DNA from: Camelus dromedarius
Taxonomy: Eukaryota
Assembly (NCBI RefSeq): GCF_036321535.1
Contig: NC_087437.1
Location: forward strand, 12,216,001 to 12,280,000
DNA: 64,000 nucleotides
Reading direction: 5' to 3'
Below the pieces are notes generated by a model, which did not search any database, had not been told where the DNA came from, and saw nothing but the letters and a program-made list of their open reading frames with translations. This document shows positions 13,601-26,686 of this stretch, piece after piece; position 1 is the stretch's first letter; every line of letters begins with the position of its first letter. A program made the translations under genes and the position numbers.

Positions 13601-15464
13601 AACGTCAGGATGTGCCGGGACATCCACCTGTGTATCCCCTTTCCAGTCACGTGAGCCCAGCCAGCACCAAGCTGCCGGAACGCCTCCATTCCCTCTTGCC
13701 TCTGCTGGCAAACCAGGAACTGCTCTCTGCTCATCTCTTTCTTGCAATCTCATGAAAAGTAGCAAAGGGCAAGCCGACACCCACTAATATTCAAGCTCTT
13801 TTAACCCACTCCCCTTACAACTACAGGCTTCATGTTTGTAGCTCCATCTATTCAACCAGGTCATCCAGGATTAGATTTTTCATCTCTCTCACCTACCAGC
13901 TATGATGTTGATTGCGTTGTAAGTTTGCTTCTTTACATGGTTGTTTGAGAGATGTGCTTCCGGTAGTTTTTCTCTTTTTCTCCAGAACTTTCCAGAAAGT
14001 TGATTCCAAACATTTTCTCATATCTTACTGGTCAGACATTGCAGTCCTGAACCAATCAGTACCAAGGATAACTTTCGAATACTCAAGAATTACATCCCCT
14101 TTAGTAGACATGAATTCCCCAAACTACGTAACTGGTGCTCCATCAGGGAGGAATGGGACCAGTGTTTAGAACCTAAGCCCATTACAGTGTCCACTACAAC
14201 TGAGACCTGAGCAAGATGAAAGAGCCCCCACCCCCAGACCTCTGACTGTTCAGCAATGAAATGTGTGAAAAGCTAGGGAATATAAGTAACTATAATTAAG
14301 CTTTGCTTTTTTATCTTGAATGCATTTGGTGCCTCTCCACCCTCCCTTAAATCAATACTTGAAGCTCCTTCCAGTAATCATGGCAGGCAAGTATATGAAA
14401 CTGATGAGTAGAAGACAAACTGTTTCTCTGCCCATTTTACCATTATCAGTTAATCTTTGACCTCTGGCAATACTAGCAATGGCGAGTGGTGCCCTTTATT
14501 TCTCTACTTCCCAAATTTTCTTTAATGACCTTTATTACTTTTATAAAGAAAAAGTACATTTAGTAAATTAATAGGTCCTATACTGGGAATGGAATGCGCA
14601 TTTGAGTCCTTCAAAATCTTTGCAGGTATAGTAGATCTGGGGATTCCAATGGACTGTGTCGGATGTTGTTTCCCCCTGGGAAGCAGAATTGACTGTTTCA
14701 GAAATTTTTCTAAATATTTCTCACAGATTCTCTGTCTTGTTCCCTGGGAACCTGGTAAGCGTACTCACTGACAAGCAGCTTTGAAATTCTGACCCAGAGA
14801 CAAATTTAGACTGAGGATTTGCCTTCTCTTTCCACTTGATGGGGTTTCCTTATTGGTGGCTCCTGGGTTTTATTTGCCTCCTGTTTGTGGTCAGCCCAGC
14901 TGCAGCCATCCTGTCATCCTTATACAAACTGGAAACCACTCCACTGGGTCCCTTGTGTCTGTGTTTCTTATGTATGTTCTAAATAGATCGATCTTTCTAA
15001 ATTTCTTCTTTGAAATCTACCATTCATTTGGATAGGATAGTAAACAGGCAAATGACTTTAATGGGAATTTTGGTACTAATAACTTACATGTTGAACTTGA
15101 TTATTAAGCTTTTAGTAACTGATGAAAAACCTTGATTTAGTAAAGTCATGTCACTTACAACTGGCTTCCACATATAGATTTACGGGGGAAAACAGGAAAT
15201 TCAATAAAATAATAAAAAGTTTCTGATATTCCATGATTGTTGGATGTTTAGGACAGTTGAGATTTAGAATCAGAGCCCTCAAAAGTATATGTTTATTCTC
15301 TTCTAGACAAATATACTCTACCTAGCACACATAGTGTTTCCAGTGGATAGGCAGATGAATTAGAAACTTAAAAAGAGATGAATTTTAATCAGGGCATCTG
15401 AAATGAGCAGGTGGTAATCAGTAGAGCAGAGAAGAGCTTTTGACAGTTTGTTAAGACTTTTATG

Positions 15465-15750
15465 TATTCATTCAACAAATATTTATTGTTTGCCTGAAAG
15501 CGTGAACCACTAGATAGCTTATAATCATTGGAGAGCAAGTCAGACCAGTTCCTGTTCTCATGAAAAGTGATCTGATGGGAAGACAGAGTGAAAGCAAATA
15601 AAGCGACACAGAAAATCAGAGCGTATACTAGTGCCACGAAAGGAAAGAACTAGGTTATATGGGAGAACAAGAGGGAAAACCCATGTTCGATTGGGTGGGC
15701 AGGAAAGATCTTTTGAGGAGGGCTCATTTAGGCATTCGGATATTGAAAAA
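15465..15750 (-). mobile_element. L2 3' end
   Basis: attcattcaacaaatatttattg...cctgttctcatg...gggaagacaga. Confidence 0.7.
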
Positions 15751-17085
15751 GAAGGGGGAAAGAAGACATAGTAAATTTAAACCTTCAAAGAGGGACTAAA
15801 TCTCCATAGTTGGGAGCATTTTAAGTTTTAAGGAAAGTTCACTGCTCTTGTCTTTGAATTTGTCAACATGGAAACTTCTCCATCAGCAACTTTCAGTAGC
15901 CCTCTATGCACATGATTCAAAAATGCCTAAGTGTTACAGGTGTTCAGTAAATGCTTGTTGACTTGAACTTTGATTCTCTCCAAACTTTGATTAATAACCT
16001 CTGTGCAAGCCAATACAGAGATACCAGCACCGCCGCTCTAGAAAACATCTTGATTTAGTTTTTTAAACAGATGGCTTTTGCATTCAGTTTTTAGGTGACA
16101 TCTCCAGGAAGGAAACCCAGATTTTGAGGGAAGTGAATTTCAGCGAAGTTCCCCTGAACTCGCGGAAGAAATGAGCTATATATAAATGGTTCCATTCTCA
16201 GTAGATTCACTGCCGGTTGAAAATGTAGTTGAGTACATAGATTTTTATTATAATGTTTTGCTGTTCTTGTGTGTATGATATATGGAAGCATTGGCTTCTT
16301 TGCCTTTTTTTCATTAAAAATATCATAAAACATTTAGGGGTCTGCGCAGAAATTGCTGTGACCTCTATTTATAATTGAAGAAAGTAATGTTTCCTTTAAA
16401 ATATTACTGGAGAGCAGTATTCCTGACCACCAGGCCCTGAAGTCGGCTAACCAGATTTGTGCAGATTTCCATTCTCATGTGTGCAGTCACCACAGTGACG
16501 GGGAAGAAATCTAGCAAGTAGGGTGCTTTGGAAGCAGGTTTATAGGAGCTGGTTTTATGTTTTATTTTGATGGTTTTTGTTGTTGTTGTTTCAGTGAAAG
16601 CAATTTCTGTTTTTTAAAGTTGCTAATGCCAAATAAGCGTAGGGCCTTTGTTTATTTCTTAAACTGAAGGGTGCCCTCCAACCAGCCAGAACCTCTCTGT
16701 GCCGCTGCATCTCCAGCCATAGTGGGAGCACCAATCCCCCAGGGATCTTGTTACAGAGCAGCAGGCCTGGGGCAGGGAAGGGGACTCTGCTTTTCTGACC
16801 AGGTAATTCAGTGCTGCTGCCCAGACCACCCTTTAAGTAGCAAGGCTCTAATAACTGCATCTCCCGAAAGGCAAACTGCGACATTGGTCATTCAAACATA
16901 GCTCTGCCTTGTTTCCTCCATGTCCCGGGATGGCGTCTCTTGGATCCTGGGTCAAGATCTCTCAGCTGAGTCACTCAGCATTTGCTTCTTTCATCTGTGA
17001 ATTAGTCCTAAAGGCAACTTAAAAGATGAGGCAGACATTTCGTCCTCAGCAGTTCCCCGTCCTTCACACACTCATTCGGTGCCTC

Positions 17086-17609
17086 TGTTACCCCAAAAGG
17101 GGAAGGGAAAAGACCCCAAATATATCCAAAAGGTAAGAATTCAAATGTGTAGCAAAAGATTTTAAAGGTTTTATTTAGCAAAGGGAAAGTCCCCCTCTAG
17201 GAACAGGGGACTGGCTGATGCAAGGGAGGGAAAGTGGTGGTCTTTGCCTCTTCTCTTATACCCTCACTTAGAGGCGGTCTCTTGATTGACTGATGACTCT
17301 TGCTCCTGGAGTCACGCTCCTCTCCTTTTGTGCACATCCTTACCCACGATGCACACAGAAAAACTCATGGAGGGGGTGCCCTAAACCGCAATGCTAATTA
17401 TATTACAATGAGCACCGGGTCATGTTGGTTAGGTCCTTCTCCCTACCACACAGTTGTGGCTGTTGGGTTCTAACTAGTTCCTTGCTGGCGCTCATTTAGA
17501 GGAAGTAAAGCCCCTTTATGCTGGAGGCGGGCATAACTCCATCTTCTGGACCATCCTCCCTCTCCTCCACCTATCTGCCCCGTGCCTCCACTCATCTGAA
17601 TACCTAACA
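17086..17609 (-). mobile_element. ERV1-class solo LTR
   Basis: Inverted termini TGTTA...TAACA, near-TSD CCTC/CCAC, minus-strand AATAAA and TATAAG. Confidence 0.7.
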
Positions 17610-18710
17610 CCACCATGTGTCCTGTCAGCTATACGTTCAAATGCACCCCGACTCCATCCTGGGCTCTCCATCTCCACCACACCAGTCCAGTCAGATCCTT
17701 CAATGCCTCTCACCCGGGCTTTTAAGGGTCCCCTAACTCACCACCCTGCTCTACTCTTGGTCTACAGCAGCTAAGTAAGTGTCCAAGACTATAAATCAAA
17801 CTCTGTCCCTCCCTGCTTCAAATCCCCCGATAGCTTCCCAGGTACTCAGAATAAAACCCATCCCGTGACCACGGCATACAAGGGCTGTCTGACGCAACAT
17901 ACTGGCCTCCTTCCTACTTCTAAGCTTGGCACCCATGCGTATCTCTCTCTGAAAGGCTCTTCCTAGGGTGCTGGGCTGGTGTGGGTGATTTCTCATCCTT
18001 CAGGTCCCTACCTGGGTGTGGCAGTCTCTCAAGGCCCTATTTAAATCTGCTCTGCCCCGTTCTTTTATGTTTTATCTGCCTGTTTGATATCATGTGTCGA
18101 CTGAAATAAAATACACAACCTAAAAGTCGAGAGTTAGGTTTTATTCGATGGACTTTCTGAGGACTCAGCCCAGGATGACAGCCTCTCAGATAGCTCTGAG
18201 AGACTGCTTGAAAGAGGTAGGGGAGGAGCCAGGATATATACGAGTTTTTACAACAAAGACCAGGTAATTGGAACACCAAAAGATTATTGTTAATTAAAGA
18301 AAAGCAGACATCTCAAGTTAAGGAATTAAGCACTTTTCTATGCATGGGAAGATGCAAAGTTCTGGGCTCACTGAAATCATTCCTTTATTATGCACCTAGC
18401 TGTCTAGGGCCAGTATCCTGTTCTGTCACATCCTGAGTTTCCTGGGTGGGGGGACACCATTGATGGGGGCTGCCTGCTTGTCTGCATCCTTTCTTCTGCT
18501 CACTGTCAGGGGTGGCAGTAGCGGTTGATGGATTGATGGCCAGAGTTCTTTGTTTACTGATATGGTTTGCAATATTTTTTGTTCACACATATTTAGTCTT
18601 TTTCACTGTCTGAAAGTATCATTTATGTATCTATTCACTTTTTTGTTTTCTGGCTTCACACCACCACACTAGAATCTAAGCTCCTTGAGGGCCTGGCATT
18701 TCACAGGTGG
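17610..18710 (+). mobile_element. L2 3' fragment interrupted by an LTR (18095-18587)
   Basis: ctctccatctccaccac...tgtccctccctgcttcaaa...cttcccaggtactcagaataaaa; resumes after the LTR with ctagaatctaagctccttgagggc. Confidence 0.65.
18095..18587 (-). mobile_element. ERV1-class solo LTR (same family as 49940-50437)
   Basis: TGTCGACTGAAATAAA...GTTCACA termini, near-TSD CATG/CATA, clear similarity to the second copy. Confidence 0.85.
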
Positions 18711-18727
18711 TTGGGGTGGTGGCAAGG

Positions 18728-18845
18728 GGGATGGAAGAAGGGAAGGGAGGGAGAGAAGGAAAGGAGTAAGGAAGGAGGGAAGGAAGGAAGAAAGGAAGGT
18801 AGGAGGGAAGAAAGGGAGGGAGGAAGGAAGGAAGGAAAGAAGGGA
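18728..18845. repeat. (GGAA)n-like purine-rich low-complexity tract
   Basis: Visible degenerate GGAA/GGGA repeats. Confidence 0.9.
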
Positions 18846-19279
18846 CAAAGACAATCCCCGTGCCTTTTATTAAAAGGCTCCCCATTTTTCAGTTTGATAC
18901 TGAGTATTATTAGAAATTACCTTTCTTACATGTTCTGGGAGAGACAGAAATGACCATGTATAACTTAAAGCTTAAAAATATTTTTAATAAAGAGGAATTC
19001 ATTTCTGTGCTGAGTTTTAGTAACTTTTATTTCCAGAAACTCAAATGAGTTGAAAACAAAGATACTATTTGGGGAAATTTCCCTAAGGATGACACCAGCA
19101 ATGAAGGTTCTTGGCTCTGGATAGTATATTTGTGCTGACAGCTCTAGGCCTGCTGTTTGGGGAGATGAGCAAACATTGGCTAAATGGTCAACCAAAACCT
19201 CAGTGGCCCAGGGTCACAGGGCAGGATGAATTGCTCTGACTCACTTTGGTGTTTAATCTCTCCCCTTGAGTCCAGGCCA

Positions 19280-19460
19280 ATGGTGCAAAGAATGGGCACT
19301 TTGTAGTACACTGAGTCAGCTCGCAAATCTTGGCTTTCTGCTTCTTAGTCATATGACTCTGAGACAGGGCTTGAACGTTTCCAAGCCTCTTTATTCTCAC
19401 CTGTTACATGAACACAAGAATCTGTTGTGGTAAGGCTTTCAAATCATTTGTAAAGTACCC
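19280..19460 (+). mobile_element. MIR fragment
   Basis: caaatcttggctttctgcttcttagtcatatgactctg...agcctctttattctcacctgttacatg. Confidence 0.55.
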
Positions 19461-19749
19461 AGGCTTCTATTTCTGGGGACACCAGGACCCACACAATGCC
19501 AGGAGGCAGTCTTTATTTTGCAATCCATGTAAATGACATGGCCATTTACATTTTATCTATGTTAGGAGTTTCCAGGAGCACCCAGTCCGGGTATAATGTA
19601 CATGCAGTGGGCTATAAATGTCAGCCTTGGATTTATACCAGGAGGCAGGCCCTAGGGAACTAGACACCCAGACCAGTCCTTTCACTGGAAGCAACTAAAT
19701 GGGAGAATTCTAGATCAATCACTAAAAACAGAATAAGAGACTTGAGGAA

Positions 19750-20145
19750 ATTTTGAGACATTCAGGGTGAAAAAAGTCAAATTAAAAATTATAACAATTA
19801 AAAATAAAAACTCAGTGGATGAGGCAACCTGCTGGAAAAGTTAGTTAAGGAGAAGAAACTGCAGATTAGAACCTGCTGAAAGAATTAGTTTAAGAGAAGC
19901 CAGATATGGAGAAATTACATAAGGCAAAATGATAGAATATAAAACAGAACTTAAAAACATTGAGGAGAGGGCGAGGTATAGCTCAGAGCATGCATGCTTA
20001 GCATGCACAGGGTCCTGGGTTCAATCCCAGGACCCCCATAAAATTTTTTAAAATTAAGAAAAAACTTGGAGGAGAGGGTGAGAGGTTCCAACAGAAGTTC
20101 TAATGAGGAAGAGGCAATATTTGCAAAAAATAGTGTTAAACTCAT
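19750..20145 (+). mobile_element. Old L1 (L1M) ORF1-region fragment hosting a SINE
   Basis: A-rich, aaataaaaactcagtggatg...agaattagt...gagaggttccaaca...gaagaggcaatatttg; degenerate. Confidence 0.45.
19968..20059 (+). mobile_element. Vic-1-like SINE
   Basis: ggtatagctcag...atgcttagcatgcacagggtcctgggttcaatccc; near-TSD aaaaacattgaggagaggg/aaaaacttggaggagaggg. Confidence 0.85.
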
Positions 20146-20692
20146 CACATAAAAAGAGTTCGGCCTTTTTGTAAGTGACTTTTCCTCCTTTTAGTATTAT
20201 ACTAATTGTATTTCTTGCTGTTTTATAGGTTGTAGATAATAAACTATTAAAGCAGCAGCTATGTTTAGTGAAAAATGATTATTACCAATTATTTTACATT
20301 TTAAATCAAAATTTTTCCTTTGTGTAAATATTAGAACCTCTGGTTTCCATTTTTCAGTTTTTGTACAGAGATGGATTTTTAAAAAGTCGTCCTCCATGTA
20401 TATTTTAATGCATCAGTAGAGACTGTCTTTTCGTGGAGAAATGGTTTAAGGTTTCCTGATTTTTCATTTGTTTAAGTGAAAAATCTACCTAACACCACCA
20501 TTTATTCCATTTATATCTGAAATATAAACATGTAGCAGGCCCATTTAGAATCAGATTATGTAGGTTCTATGTGTAGTAAAAGAACTGGCCTCAAGCCCCA
20601 GATGAAGTAGATTTAGTACTCCTGGTCTTTACATTTAAATTGACTCTCACCCTAAGCCTTCAGTTTGTCCAGGTTGTAGGCCAGAAAAATAT

Positions 20693-21577
20693 ATTTTTTT
20701 AATTGAAGTACAGTCAGTTATAATATTAGTGTAGATTTCTGGTATATAGCACAATGTCCCAGTCATGCATATACATACATATATTCGTTTTCATTGAAGG
20801 TTATTACAAGATAGAATATAGTTCCCTGTGCTATACAAAAGAAACTTATTTTATTTTATCTATTTTTATATATAGTGGATAATATTTGCAAATCTCAAAC
20901 TCCCAAATTTATCCCTTCCCACTCCCTTTCTCCCAGTAATGATAAGATTGTTTACTATGTCTGCAAGTCTGTTTCTGTTTTGTAGATGAATTCATTAATG
21001 TCCTCTTTTTTCTTTTTCTTTTTTTTAGATTCCACATATGAGTGATACAATGTGGTATTTTTCTTTCTTTTTCTGGCTTCACTTAGAATGACAATCTCTA
21101 GGTCCATCCATGTTGCAGCAAATGGCATTATTTTATTCTTATTATGGCTGAGTAGTATTCCATTGTGTCAGTGTACCACAGCTTCTTTATCCAGTCATCT
21201 GTCAATGGACATTTAGGTTGCTTCCATGTCTTGGCTATTGTATATAGTGCTGCTATGAACATTGGGATGCATGTGTCTTTTAGAATTAGGATTCTCTTTG
21301 GATATATGCCCAGGGGTGGGATTACTGAATCACATGGTAAGTCTATTTTTAGTTTTTTGAGAAATCTCCATACTGTTTTCCATAATGGCTGCACCAAACT
21401 ACATTCTGACCAATGGTGTAGGAGGGTTCCCTTTTCTTCACATCTTCTCCAGCATTTATCATTTGTGGACTTTTTAATGATGGCCATTCTGACTGGTGTG
21501 AGGTGATACCTCATTGTGCCTTTGATTTGCATTTCTCTGATAATTAGCGGTATTGAGCATTTTTCATGCACCTATTT
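20693..21577 (-). mobile_element. 5'-truncated camelid-type L1 with ORF2 C-terminal remnant
   Basis: ORF 21128-21571 is the L1 ORF2 C-terminus ([15 protein letters not shown]...KTWKQPKCP...MEYYSAI); poly-T at left; TSD ggccagaaaaa(t/c)at at 20679 and 21578. Confidence 0.95.
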
Positions 21578-23170
21578 GGCCAGAAAAACATTGTCATTGT
21601 AAATAATAAGACCAAAGCTAAGGCAAATCCTTACCATGTAGTTGACATTTAGTAAGCACTTGTTAGATGACTGAATTAATGATTTTATAAATCAATTTCA
21701 AATTTTAGGAGATTGATTAAAATAAAAAAATTAAATCAAAGCATGTTTTTACATCTCTTTGGATTTGCTATTTTCTTAAGTGTTGCAGTCATCATTTGTC
21801 ATCATTTTTGGTGTTAATTATATACTCTTTTGGTGAGGTTGATAGATTCCTGCCTCATTCACTACACTATTTCTCTCTCATTTTTGCTGTCCTGGAATTA
21901 CGTCTCCTATTAACAATTAGTATATTAAAAAAAAAGTAACTGGAGTGTTTGCTTTTCCTGTTCAAAATCAACGCTGAACATTGTCACTGATTGTAGTTAC
22001 TGTTATAAATGTATTGACTTTCTTGCAGCAATTCTAAGAGGTCAGAGTCCTGTCTCACTCATTTTGTTGTCTTCCATAGTCCCATGTTTGCATGTAGAAA
22101 CTGCTCGACCTGGAAATTTTGAATGAACAAATTGTCCATCCCTGCTTCTACCTCTTATACCATAGCAATGCATCCCAACAGACTTGGAGATATTGATCAT
22201 TAATTCTCTCAAACATCTCCGTTGATTTACATGAACTCAACATCTTTGTCTTCTGAAAGGCAAACCTAAAGGGAAAGTCAGTTGAGATCTTAGGACATGA
22301 ACAGAAATTAGATCCCAAAGTCATGCAAGGTGAGGTGCCTACAGGAACAGCCAAGTTTCAAGAAAAATTCACAAGCTTAGCGCCAAGGACAGCAGGAGCC
22401 ATGCCTCCCCCCTGGACTCCTAATCATTTTGTGTTTAGCTTGAGCCCTTCACTCTTTAACATCAAGTTCTTCAGTGGCTTGGCTCCTTCTGCAGACATCA
22501 CACTCAAAATAATGGGCCTTGGAAAAAATTTTGGCACAGACTTGTTTCTTTTTAAACATTTTTGATCAGATGTAGGATTTTATAGTCATCTTGTTTGTGA
22601 AATGCCTTTTCTGTACATTTTTATCATGGCAGTGTTTATGTTGCATGTCTAATTAGCTTCAACATACCAGATGAATTGTTTAAACCCGTCTGGCAGGCTA
22701 TAATTTTTCAAAGTTCCTCATCTGCTAAGAAAAAAAAATACATTTGTAAAGGTTTTAGATTTCAGGAATCACAAGTCCACGATGGAGCCTATTCACCATA
22801 AGAAACATTTCAAGGGAGGGTGGGGAGAAGAGCCATTTGCCAGAATGGCCAGTGGGAGAGAAGACCAGGCTCCCAGCATTTACAATTCTAATTTGAGACT
22901 TGGTGCCAAAATCAGCACTTTTCCCCCCTCCCACTCCTGCCCCCTCCCCAAAACTAAGGAAAACAAAATATTGAGCCGAAAAGTTTCTCACCATTACCAG
23001 CACTAGATATATTTGGGACAAAGAAAGCCAGAGGAAAACATGGGCTCATGGGAGAAAGGATAGGAAACCGGGTTAGGGTGAAGAGATGATGAGTTTGGAG
23101 AAGAGGGATTGAAGCCAAGAAAGTGAAAAGCAGGAGGCCTAAAGGCTGGGGATCCACCAAGGGCTGAGTA

Positions 23171-23506
23171 TAGTCAGCATCTCGGCTTTAGCATCTGCGT
23201 GTTCCACCAACCGCAGATCAGACACATTCACAAGAAACGTTCCAGAAAGTTCCAAAAAGTAAAACTTGAATTGGCCACACACCTGCAACTATTTACATAG
23301 CATTTTCATTGTATTTACAACTATTTCCATAGCACTTACATTGTATTAGTACTATAAGTAATCTAGAGATGATGTAAGTTATACAGGAGGATGTGTAGGG
23401 TATACACAAATAACACATCATTTTATACAAGGGACCTGAGCATCAGGGATTCGGTGTCCCTGGGGGTCCTGGAACTGATCACCTGCAGACACCGAGGGGA
23501 GGCTGT
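23171..23506. mobile_element. MER2-like Tigger element
   Basis: caaccgcagatc...ttccagaaagttccaaaaagtaaaacttgaa...taagtaatctagagatg...gggggtcctggaac...gaggggaggctgta. Confidence 0.8.
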
Positions 23507-23934
23507 ACTTGCTACACATTCCTCAGTTTGATACAATCCTACATCCCGACACATTACACTATCTCAATATATTAACCTTATTAATTCTTAATTTCAAAAA
23601 ATCCTTCCTGTGGAAGGGACCTTAGAGATGGCCTAACTCAGGTTCTCCTCTTCCATTTGCCAGAAAAGTTTTCATCTGTCTCTTCCTTCAGCCTCTGCTT
23701 GAACCCAGGTGGTAAATCCCTTCTGCGTCAAGATGCTCATAACCGTGGGAGACAGTATACTTGTTGCTGAATATAGTCACCAGTGATACTACAATTACAA
23801 ACAATAATAGCTTATTTGTATAGCAGTTTACCATTTTGTGCTTTCATAATATTAGTGCCTTTGAGCATCACAAGAGCCCTAAAAGAAGTTTTGACTTGCC
23901 CATATTGACACATGTGAGCAACTCCAGCAGGAGC

Positions 23935-24160
23935 TAGTATTTACAAAATCCTCAGTATGTGCTCAGCACTGTGCTAAGGTACTGTCCCTGCATTGTTCCA
24001 TTTAATCCTTGCAAAAACACTTGACAAAAACTTTAATATGCTCTTTTGAAAAATGATGAAATTAAAAATCAGGGATGTGAAGTGATTCATTCAAGGACTC
24101 CCAGGTAATAAGAGGTAGAAGATTGAACAATTATTCCAGGTTTGTCTGACTGATGTTCTA
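23935..24160 (-). mobile_element. MIR SINE
   Basis: tatgtgctcagcactgtgctaagg...catttaatcct...gatgaaattaaa...aagtgattcattcaagg...ccaggtttgtctgact. Confidence 0.7.
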
Positions 24161-24173
24161 AGACACTATGTTA

Positions 24174-24506
24174 CTGTATTTCATCAAATCAAAGATGGTA
24201 TCACTGTAAGACACACCATTATTTTATGTACCACCAAGAGAGAAAAAAATACTGACAAACTACGGTGCTATGCTTTCTTTCCACTTAGAATTTTTGTCTT
24301 TAACTTACTGAAAGTGTTCTAGACTTTAGACATAGATTCTCATCATATGCCACTCTGAACCGTGTGGAATGGGGAAAGTGTAAGTGAAATAAAACTTGAT
24401 TAAAATGTTCCTGAACGTCTCTACGCTTAGAGACCCACTCCTCTTGATTACTTTTCAACTCGGCATCGTCACTTGTCTCCTCAAGAACATCAGGAACAAT
24501 GGAAGT
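24174..24506 (-). mobile_element. Kanga/Tc2-type DNA transposon, terminal part
   Basis: Starts ta|ctgtatttcatcaaatcaaagatggtatcactgtaagacacaccattattttatgtaccac, like the recalled Tc2/Kanga TIR region. Confidence 0.65.
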
Positions 24507-26050
24507 ATTAATGCCTTATCAGGCACATCATTTGCAAATATTTTCTTCCATTCAGTAGGTTGTCTTTTTGTTTCATCGATGGTTTCCTTTGCTGTGCCTT
24601 TTGCAACTTTTAAGTTTAATTAGTTCCCATTTGTTTACTTTTGCTTTTAGGAGTCCAATCCCCCAAAAAATATTGCTGCAATTTATGTTAAAGAGTGTTC
24701 TGCCTATGTTTTACTCTATGAGTTTTAGAATATATGGTTTTACGTTTTGGTCTTTAATCCATTTTGAGTTTATTTTTGTATATGGCAGTAAAGAATGTTC
24801 TAATGTCATTCTTTTACATGTAGCTGTCCAGTTTTCCCAGAACAACTTATTGAAGAAACCATCTTTTCTCCACTGTATACTCTTGCCTCCTTTGTCATAG
24901 ATTAATTGACCATAAGTACATGGGTTTATTTCTGGGCTTTCTATCCTGTTCCTTTGATCTATGTGCATGTTTTTGTGTCAGTACCATACTGTTTTGATTG
25001 CTGTAGATTTGTAGTGTAGTATGAAGTGCAAGAGTGTGATTCCTCCAGCTCTGTTCTTTGTTCTTTTAAGTGGTCAAGATTGTTTTGACTATTTGAGGTC
25101 TTCTGTATTCCATAAAATTTCTTGAATTATTTTTTCTGCAAAGAATGCCACTAGTATTTTGACAGAGATTGCGTTGAATCTCTAGATTGCTTTGGATAGT
25201 ATGGCCATTTTAAGAATATTGATTCTTCCCATCTAAGAACACAGTGTGTCTTTCCATCTGTTTGTGTCATCTTCAATTTCTTTCATCAGTGTCTTACAGT
25301 TTTTGGAGTAGAGGCCTTTTGCCTTCTTAGGTAGGTTATTTTATTCTCTTTGATGAGACTATAAATGGGATTGTTTCCCATTTCTCTTTCTGATACTTCA
25401 TTTTTAGTGTATATTGAAAAACAACAGATTCCTGTATATTAATTTTGTATCCTGCACCTTTTGCAAATTCACGATGAGCTCTCCTAGTCTTCTGGTGGCA
25501 TCTTTAGGATTTTCTATGTATAGCATCATGTCATCTGCAAACAGTGACAGTTTTACTTCTTCAATTTAGAACATTTTTATCTCTTTTTCTTCTCTGATTG
25601 CTATGGCTAGGACTTCAAAAACTATATTGAATAAAAGTAGCAAGAGTGGGCATCCTTGTTTTGTTCCTGATCTTAGAGGAAATGCTTTCAGCTTTTCACC
25701 ATTGAGTATGATGTGAGCTGTGGGCTTGTCATGTATGGCTTTTATTATGTTGAGGTGTGTTCCCCCTATGCCCACTTTCTGGAGAATTTTTATCATAAGT
25801 GGATGTTGAATTTTATCAAAAGCTTTTTCTGCATCATTGAGATGATCATATAGTTTGTATTCTTCAATTTGTTAATGTGGTATATACCATGTTGATTGAT
25901 TTGTGGCTATTAAAAAATTCTTGCACTCCTGGAATAAATCCCACTTGATCATGTATATGATCCCTTTAATGTGTTGTTGAATTGGTTTTGCTAGTATTTT
26001 TGTTGAGGATTTTTGCATCTATGTTCATCAGTGCTATTGGCCTATAATTT
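24507..26050 (-). mobile_element. L1 ORF2 (reverse transcriptase region) fragment
   Basis: Minus ORFs give L1 ORF2 peptides ([15 protein letters not shown]..., [28 protein letters not shown]); frameshifted and stop-laden. Confidence 0.95.
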
Positions 26051-26059
26051 TAAAAAAGT

Positions 26060-26280
26060 ACAACAGTGTATACCTAGAAGAAGTCTTCTGCTAAGAAGCA
26101 CCAGGCTACTGGCTTTGACCACCATGAGATTAAAAAAAAAAAAAAGATGGCAAAAGAGCATATCTACATTGTTTCTGTCAGGATTTTTTTCCAGGCTTCT
26201 GGTACCCACTCTGCAGATTTTGAGGTGCACACATAGGCAATGATGGCCACTTTACAGCAGCACCTTGACGATGGGAACTG
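26060..26280 (-). pseudogene. Decayed pogo/Tc2-type DDE transposase remnant (continuation of Kanga-like element)
   Basis: Minus-strand translation ...TSKSAEWVPEAWKKILTETM*ICSF resembles the pogo-family C-terminal motif (aeWv..aW..i....i..sF). Confidence 0.55.
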
Positions 26281-26593
26281 TAAGCAGAAATAAAAAAAAA
26301 GAAAAACAATATATGGTTTAAAATCAATGGCATCTGGTTACTTGCTCCTAGATTCAAGGCAAAGCTGAGAATAAATCCCAGGAATCCATTATATCTCTTG
26401 AGTTACCACTCAAATTCACCCTAATTATAAAAGTCAGCCTTTCTTTTTTAACGTAAACCCATTTTTTAAGATCTTGTTTTCTGTAACTACACATAATCCA
26501 TAGTTTTGGGATTTTTTTCCCTACACAGCAGCCTTTTAAGGATTCAAAGAAAGACATCATGAAAATATGATTAGGAGATTTTTAGACAAAGAT

Positions 26594-26686
26594 ACACACA
26601 CACACACACACACACATTTCCAAACAAAAAGTTGATCAGCACTTTTGAAAAAAGTGTGTATGTGAGAGAGAGAGAGAGAGAGAGAG
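26594..26686. repeat. (CA)n and (GA)n microsatellites
   Basis: (CA) run at 26594-26616 and (GA) run at ~26664-26687. Confidence 0.95.

Noticed and set aside
18669..18953. Overlapping ORFs rich in G/R/K/E or P/S/F/L
   Set aside because: Translation artefacts of the (GGAA)n tract
21128..21571. 147-aa ORF, the longest in the window
   Set aside because: C-terminus of L1 ORF2 in a 5'-truncated element, not a host gene
26150..26300. Apparent minus-strand exon after a T-rich acceptor
   Set aside because: The peptide matches a decayed pogo/Tc2 transposase motif with an in-frame stop; better explained as a transposon fossil
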